In this document: in pieces, positions 59,528 to 64,000 of the stretch
How positions within the stretch are numbered: the stretch's first letter is position 1
Layout of the letters: the number at the start of each line of letters is the position of its first letter
NCBI GenBank assembly: GCA_963662795.1
Contig: OY759746.1
Span: forward strand, 1,600,001-1,664,000
Reading direction: 5' to 3'
Length of the DNA stretch: 64,000 nucleotides
Source: Spirochaetia bacterium
GTDB lineage: Bacteria > Spirochaetota > Spirochaetia > CADAEX01
The notes under the pieces: generated by a model
Databases searched by the model: none
What the model saw: only the letters and a program-made list of their open reading frames with translations
Told to the model about the DNA's origin: nothing
Made by a program: the position numbers and the translations under genes

Positions 59528-60217
59528 ATGAAATATGAAAAAATGGGAAAAGTAATAATTTCAGAAGAAATTATTACTTATTTTAAAAATAAAATTTTAT
59601 TTAAAGAACTTAAACGTGGTGAAAGACTTCCTTCAGAAGATGAACTGGCTTCAATGATGGGTGTAAGCCGAGGAACAATGAGAGAAGCTTTGAAAGTTCT
59701 AATACACATGGGCCTTGTGGAACGAAAAAACAGAGGTACGTATGTTACGGAATCAAGCCAAAGCATAAGGGATTTATCAGAAGTAAAAACCTATAAAGAC
59801 ATTTTTGATATTATAGAAGTAAGAAAAATAGTAGAGCCAGCATTAGCTAAACTGGCGGCGGAAAATATCAATGCAGAAGTATTAAAAAAATTTGAAAATG
59901 AAATGGAATATATTAATAGTGTTGAAAATATAGAAACTGACGTATTTTGGAAGCATGATGTTGTTTTTCATGATCTAATCTTTACGGCTGCAGGAAATAA
60001 GATCCTTGAGGATTTTATTAAAAGTCTAAAAGACCTGGTCTATAAAAATCAATCTATAATTTTAAATAATGAAGAAGTAAATATTGTTAATAATTCAATA
60101 AAAAATCATAATAAAATATTTGAATCAATAAAAAAAAGAAATGGCAACGATGCATCGAAAATGATGTTAAAACATATAGCAGATATTGAAAAAGTATTAA
60201 AAAAAATTATTTCATAG
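59528..60217 (+). CDS. FadR/GntR family regulator
   Basis: GERLPSE.ELA..MGVSRGTMREAL; D..FH, GN, H FCD motifs. Confidence 0.93.
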   Translation: MKYEKMGKVIISEEIITYFKNKILFKELKRGERLPSEDELASMMGVSRGTMREALKVLIHMGLVERKNRGTYVTESSQSIRDLSEVKTYKDIFDIIEVRKIVEPALAKLAAENINAEVLKKFENEMEYINSVENIETDVFWKHDVVFHDLIFTAAGNKILEDFIKSLKDLVYKNQSIILNNEEVNIVNNSIKNHNKIFESIKKRNGNDASKMMLKHIADIEKVLKKIIS

Positions 60218-60336
60218 ATTTCAAACCGATAAATTCAATTCCTCTAGAAAAAATATAATTTCTCAAAGGTAAAAAATATATTCCATTTTACTTTATTCAT
60301 ATATGCTAATATTGATATAGATTTAAGGAAGGGATA

Positions 60337-60780
60337 ATGAAATATTTATTTATTTTTGCGGCATTCATTGCAGGAACGACAATGCCACTGCAAAGCGCTG
60401 TTAACTCAAAACTTAGCCAATATCTGGACGGTCCTCTTTATGCAGGCTTAATTTCATTTGTCGGAGGAATTGTCTTGCTTGTGGTTTTAATTCTAGCTTC
60501 CGGGGCTGGATTCCCGGCAATGGGCAGTTTATCAGGAATAAAATGGTATTATTATACCGGAGGAATCTATGGTGTAATTGTAATCACAACAATTATGTTT
60601 GCAGCTCCTGTAATAGGCATCGGAAGCACTCTGGTTATGATTGTAACCGGCCAGCTTTTAATGTCTGTCGTTTTTGACTATTTCGGATTTTTCGGTATGC
60701 CGGTCATAGCATTGAGCCCTGCAAGGATTGCAGGGGTGGTCCTTATAATCGCGGGTGTCGCTCTTGTTCAGACAAGGTGA
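60337..60780 (+). CDS. DMT family transporter (YdcZ/DUF606)
   Basis: PLQSAVNSKL, ISFVGG, WYYYTGG, GQL....FDYFG. Confidence 0.88.
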   Translation: MKYLFIFAAFIAGTTMPLQSAVNSKLSQYLDGPLYAGLISFVGGIVLLVVLILASGAGFPAMGSLSGIKWYYYTGGIYGVIVITTIMFAAPVIGIGSTLVMIVTGQLLMSVVFDYFGFFGMPVIALSPARIAGVVLIIAGVALVQTR

Positions 60781-61963
60781 TTTTATTGCAAAGCTGCTGA
60801 AACAAATTATTTCGAAGTTTTTCTATCTTGCTGTGATATCAGTTTTCTGGATTTCACCGGCCAGTCTGTCTGCGCAGGCATCTGAAAAAAAAATTGAAAT
60901 ATCCTATTTCGGTGAAATCGGGTGCAGCCACTGCGATACCTTTATTGAAAAAACAGTCCCTCATCTTGAAAAAGAGTATGGACTTTCGATCAGCGTGAAT
61001 TCCTTTGATATCCTTGCCCCTGATATATATGAGGAATGCGGTAGAATTTTGTCAGAGAAGGGGTATGATTTTATTTATTTCCCGGTTGTCATAATTGGAA
61101 ACAATGTGTATCAGGGGGAAACCGAGATAAAAACATATCTCGGCATGGAACTTGAATACTACAGAATGAACTCTGCATATCAGCCCCGGAAACCCGTGCC
61201 TGCCGGCGGGAGAGATATTAAAAACAGCTCTCTTCCTGCATCAGGCAGATTAAATTCGGCAGCTGTGGTTTTTACGGCAGGGCTTGCTGATGGAATAAAC
61301 CCCTGCGCTTTTACAGTTTTACTTTTTTTCTTTTCATCCCTTACTTTAAGAAAAAAGCTTTATTCCGACTTTCTCAAGGCAGGAGCTGTCTTTATCTCTG
61401 CGGTTTTTATTACCTATATTATGATAGGGTTCGGGTTTTATACCTTCCTCTCTAAAGTTGTCGATTTAAGCGGCGCCAGGTTTGCAGTTAAAATTGCTGT
61501 AACTTTGATTACGGTTTTTTTCGCTGCGGCAAGTTTTTCCGATTATTTAAATCTTAAAAAAGGGAGCAGCTGCGGCAACTCTTCCGTTTTGCTTAAACTG
61601 CCGGATTCTCTTTCCCGCAGAATCCATGAAGCGGTGCGGACAGGGATTAAAAGCACCTCTTCACTTGCAGCTGTATTTGCGGCCGGTATAATTGTTTCTG
61701 TACTTGAGCTGGCCTGTACAGGACAGGTATACCTTCCCTCAATTATTTATATGCTTCAGAAGGGGGACTTGAAATTCGGATTAATTCTGCTGTTAATATA
61801 CAATTCAGGATTTGTTCTGCCGATTATTTCAGTCTATGCGCTTCTTGCCTCAGGATACAGGACAGAGAGAATAAGTTCATTTTTTCAGATGAATATTCAC
61901 ATGTCCAAGGTTTTTCTTGCTGCAGTTTTTGTACTTTTAGCTGCGGCAGTATGGTTTATATGA
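60755..61963 (+). CDS. Thioredoxin-like CxxC domain fused to CcdA/DsbD-like membrane domain
   Basis: GCSHC, GLADGINPCAF, ELACTGQVYLP; start codon uncertain. Confidence 0.8.
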   Translation: MSLLFRQGDFIAKLLKQIISKFFYLAVISVFWISPASLSAQASEKKIEISYFGEIGCSHCDTFIEKTVPHLEKEYGLSISVNSFDILAPDIYEECGRILSEKGYDFIYFPVVIIGNNVYQGETEIKTYLGMELEYYRMNSAYQPRKPVPAGGRDIKNSSLPASGRLNSAAVVFTAGLADGINPCAFTVLLFFFSSLTLRKKLYSDFLKAGAVFISAVFITYIMIGFGFYTFLSKVVDLSGARFAVKIAVTLITVFFAAASFSDYLNLKKGSSCGNSSVLLKLPDSLSRRIHEAVRTGIKSTSSLAAVFAAGIIVSVLELACTGQVYLPSIIYMLQKGDLKFGLILLLIYNSGFVLPIISVYALLASGYRTERISSFFQMNIHMSKVFLAAVFVLLAAAVWFI

Positions 61964-62161
61964 AAATTTTCGTAAGAATATATCCTTTTCCAGCCGAAAG
62001 ATTCGGAAAATACCAGTATAATGCATAAAATGCACTGTAAAATTGCAAAAAAACAAATAAAACATGGGAAAAGTATATTTTTAATGTAAATACCCTTTAA
62101 TCATTAAAATAATACCCGGAAATAGTATATTTTTACTATATATGGCTTGCATTTATTGCAA

Positions 62162-62190
62162 TTGACAGATTTTTTTATTACAACTATAAG
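62162..62190 (+). promoter_or_regulatory. Sigma70-like promoter of livK
   Basis: TTGACA-17-TATAAG. Confidence 0.55.
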
Positions 62191-62229
62191 TATTAAATCC
62201 AAATAAATTTTGGTAAAAAGGAGAAATCT

Positions 62230-63339
62230 ATGAAAAAACTATTCTTGATAGCCATGACTGTACTTTTAGTACTTGCTGGTTGCAGCAAGGAAAGTAAAAC
62301 CATAAAACTTGGTGTTGCCGGTGCTCACTCCGGAGACCTTGCTTCCTATGGTATTCCATCCGTACATGCCGCAGAGCTTGTAGTTGAAATGTACAATGCC
62401 GAAGGCGGAGTAGCAGGCAAGAAAATCGAACTTGTTGTAGAAGATGATCAGTGCAAACCTGAAATTGCTACAAACACGGCATCAAAGCTTGTCGGAGCTG
62501 AAGTAGTAGCTGTTATGGGGCATATCTGCAGCGGAGCTACAAAAGCCGCTCTTGGTATCTATAAGGATTCCAAAATACCAACAATTTCTCCTTCAGCGAC
62601 AAACCCCCCTCTTACACAGAACGGTGATTATCCCAACTTTTTCAGGACAATTGCGCCGGATGATGCACAGGCAAACCTTGCCGTTGATTTTATTATTAAA
62701 TCACTTAACCTTAAAAAGGTCGCAATTCTTCATGATAAAGCCGATTACGGTAAAGGATTCGCTGAACTCTGCAAAGCCGCTGCTGAAGCAAACGGTGTGG
62801 AAGTTGTTCTCTTTGAAGGTGTTAATCCAGGCGCTCCTGACTATTCCGCAGTTGTAAATAAGATCGGTAACTCAGGCGCAGCAGGCGTTATATGGGGAGG
62901 ATATCATCCGGAAGCTTCAAAGCTTGTTCAGCAGATGAAAGACAAGGGAATGAATATTCCTTTTGTTTCTGATGACGGCGTTAAAGATGATACATTTATT
63001 GAAGTAGCAGGAAAATATGCTGAAGGCGTTTATGCAACAGGCCCGATAGATACATCATCAAATCCGATGGCAGTCAAGGCTATTGCAGATCACAAGGCAA
63101 AATATGGCGACGAGCCGGGAGCTTTCTTTCTCAACGCATATGCTGCAACTGTAGCTGTTCTTAATGCAATCGAGAAAAGCGGAAAAACTGATTACGACTC
63201 TATTACCAATGCTCTTAGAAGCGAATATGTTGAAACACCGCTAGGCAAGATCAGTTTTGACAGCAGGGGCGATGCTATCGGTATCGGATTTTCAGTTTAC
63301 CAGGTTCAGAACGGCAAATATGTTGTTGTAAGCCAGTAA
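62230..63339 (+). CDS. livK: Branched-chain amino acid ABC transporter substrate-binding lipoprotein
   Basis: Lipobox LAGC; DDQCKP, GHICSG, SATNP, YGKG, GGYHPE, FD.RGD. Confidence 0.9.
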   Translation: MKKLFLIAMTVLLVLAGCSKESKTIKLGVAGAHSGDLASYGIPSVHAAELVVEMYNAEGGVAGKKIELVVEDDQCKPEIATNTASKLVGAEVVAVMGHICSGATKAALGIYKDSKIPTISPSATNPPLTQNGDYPNFFRTIAPDDAQANLAVDFIIKSLNLKKVAILHDKADYGKGFAELCKAAAEANGVEVVLFEGVNPGAPDYSAVVNKIGNSGAAGVIWGGYHPEASKLVQQMKDKGMNIPFVSDDGVKDDTFIEVAGKYAEGVYATGPIDTSSNPMAVKAIADHKAKYGDEPGAFFLNAYAATVAVLNAIEKSGKTDYDSITNALRSEYVETPLGKISFDSRGDAIGIGFSVYQVQNGKYVVVSQ

Positions 63340-63356
63340 AATAAATAAACTTTTAT

Positions 63357-63413
63357 AAGGCCAGACAATCATATCAGTTGAAAAAACTGAAAACCGGGTT
63401 GTCTGGTCTTTTT
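63357..63413 (+). terminator. Hairpin with U-tract between livK and livH (partial terminator)
   Basis: AAGGCCAGACAATC / GGTTGTCTGGTCTT outer stem, TCAGTT/AACTGA inner stem, T5. Confidence 0.6.
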
Positions 63414-63431
63414 GTGAAGCAGGAATCTTTA

Positions 63432-64000
63432 ATGGATTATTTTTTAAAACTGCTGTTGAGCGGAACAGCGAAGGGCAGTATATATGCTTTGATTGCACTG
63501 GGTTATACCATGGTTTACGGTATAATCAAACTTATCAATTTTGCTCACGGCGAAATATACATGATAGGAGCATTTGTTGCCCTTATGGTCGGAGGAACAC
63601 TGCAGTCCGCAGGGGTAAATCCGGCTGTTATACTGGTTGTATCAACACTTGCCGCAGTATTTTTTGCTGCTGCATATGGTTTGACAATGGAAAAAATCGC
63701 CTATAAGCCGTTAAGATCAGCCCCGCGGCTTTCAATTCTTATCAGCGCCATCGGAATGTCAATGTTCCTTCAGAATCTGGTGCTGCTTTCCCAGACGGAA
63801 AAATATCTCTCTTTTCCTTCCTTTCTGCCTGAGTTCCTTTTCCTGAAGCCTATAAGAGGCTATATAAATTCCACTCAGTTTATAATATTGATCATTACTT
63901 CATTGGTTATGGTTCTTTTAACCATTTTGATAAAATTCACCCTGATCGGCAAGGCAATGAGGGCAACCTCACAGGACAGGGAAATGGCACAGCTTGTAGG
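63432..64000 (+). CDS. livH: Branched-chain amino acid ABC permease, 3' truncated by window edge
   Basis: Translated by eye: MDYFLKLLLSGTAKGSIYALIALGYTMVYGIIKLINFAHGEIYMIG. Confidence 0.92.
   Translation, partial: MDYFLKLLLSGTAKGSIYALIALGYTMVYGIIKLINFAHGEIYMIGAFVALMVGGTLQSAGVNPAVILVVSTLAAVFFAAAYGLTMEKIAYKPLRSAPRLSILISAIGMSMFLQNLVLLSQTEKYLSFPSFLPEFLFLKPIRGYINSTQFIILIITSLVMVLLTILIKFTLIGKAMRATSQDREMAQLV

Noticed and set aside
167-63498. Numerous antisense and alternate-frame ORFs of 60-220 aa in the ORF track (e.g. 1708-2319, 19896-20513, 26306-26974, 49845-50444)
   Set aside because: They overlap well-supported genes and have no recognisable motifs; shadow ORFs

Overview
Bacterial chromosome segment, probably from a spirochaete-like anaerobe (inferred only from the 'AFAGGxKE'-type solute-binding-protein leader). 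It contains: the end of a pyruvate dehydrogenase operon (aceE-aceF-lpdA); an EcoAI/EcoEI-like Type I restriction-modification locus with a Schlafen/AlbA_2-HATPase-wHTH gene wedged between hsdM and hsdS; and about 50 kb of largely AT-rich catabolic modules. The modules are: (i) an enolase paralog, a MOFRL kinase and a LarA-like protein, all with altered active-site motifs, plus GntR; (ii) an ADP-forming acyl-CoA synthetase with an NDK-like ORF; (iii) a LacI-iolB-iolD-iolE-iolG-ALDH inositol operon lacking iolC/iolJ; (iv) a 12-kb AraC cassette with two split transketolases and no kinase, bracketed by two ~97%-identical acylating aldehyde dehydrogenase genes; (v) a GlpA/LhgO-like flavo-oxidoreductase operon with two catalytic paralogs; (vi) a Zn-dehydrogenase/Tm-1-like/aldolase/creatininase/SDR/ABC/GntR cluster. 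The window ends in DMT, CcdA-like and livK-livH genes. No rRNA, tRNA, CRISPR array, integrase or intact transposase was seen. The best candidates for undescribed systems are the co-diverged kinase-enolase-racemase trio, the dual-transketolase cassette and the RM-embedded Schlafen protein. All family assignments come from motif recognition by eye, not database searches.
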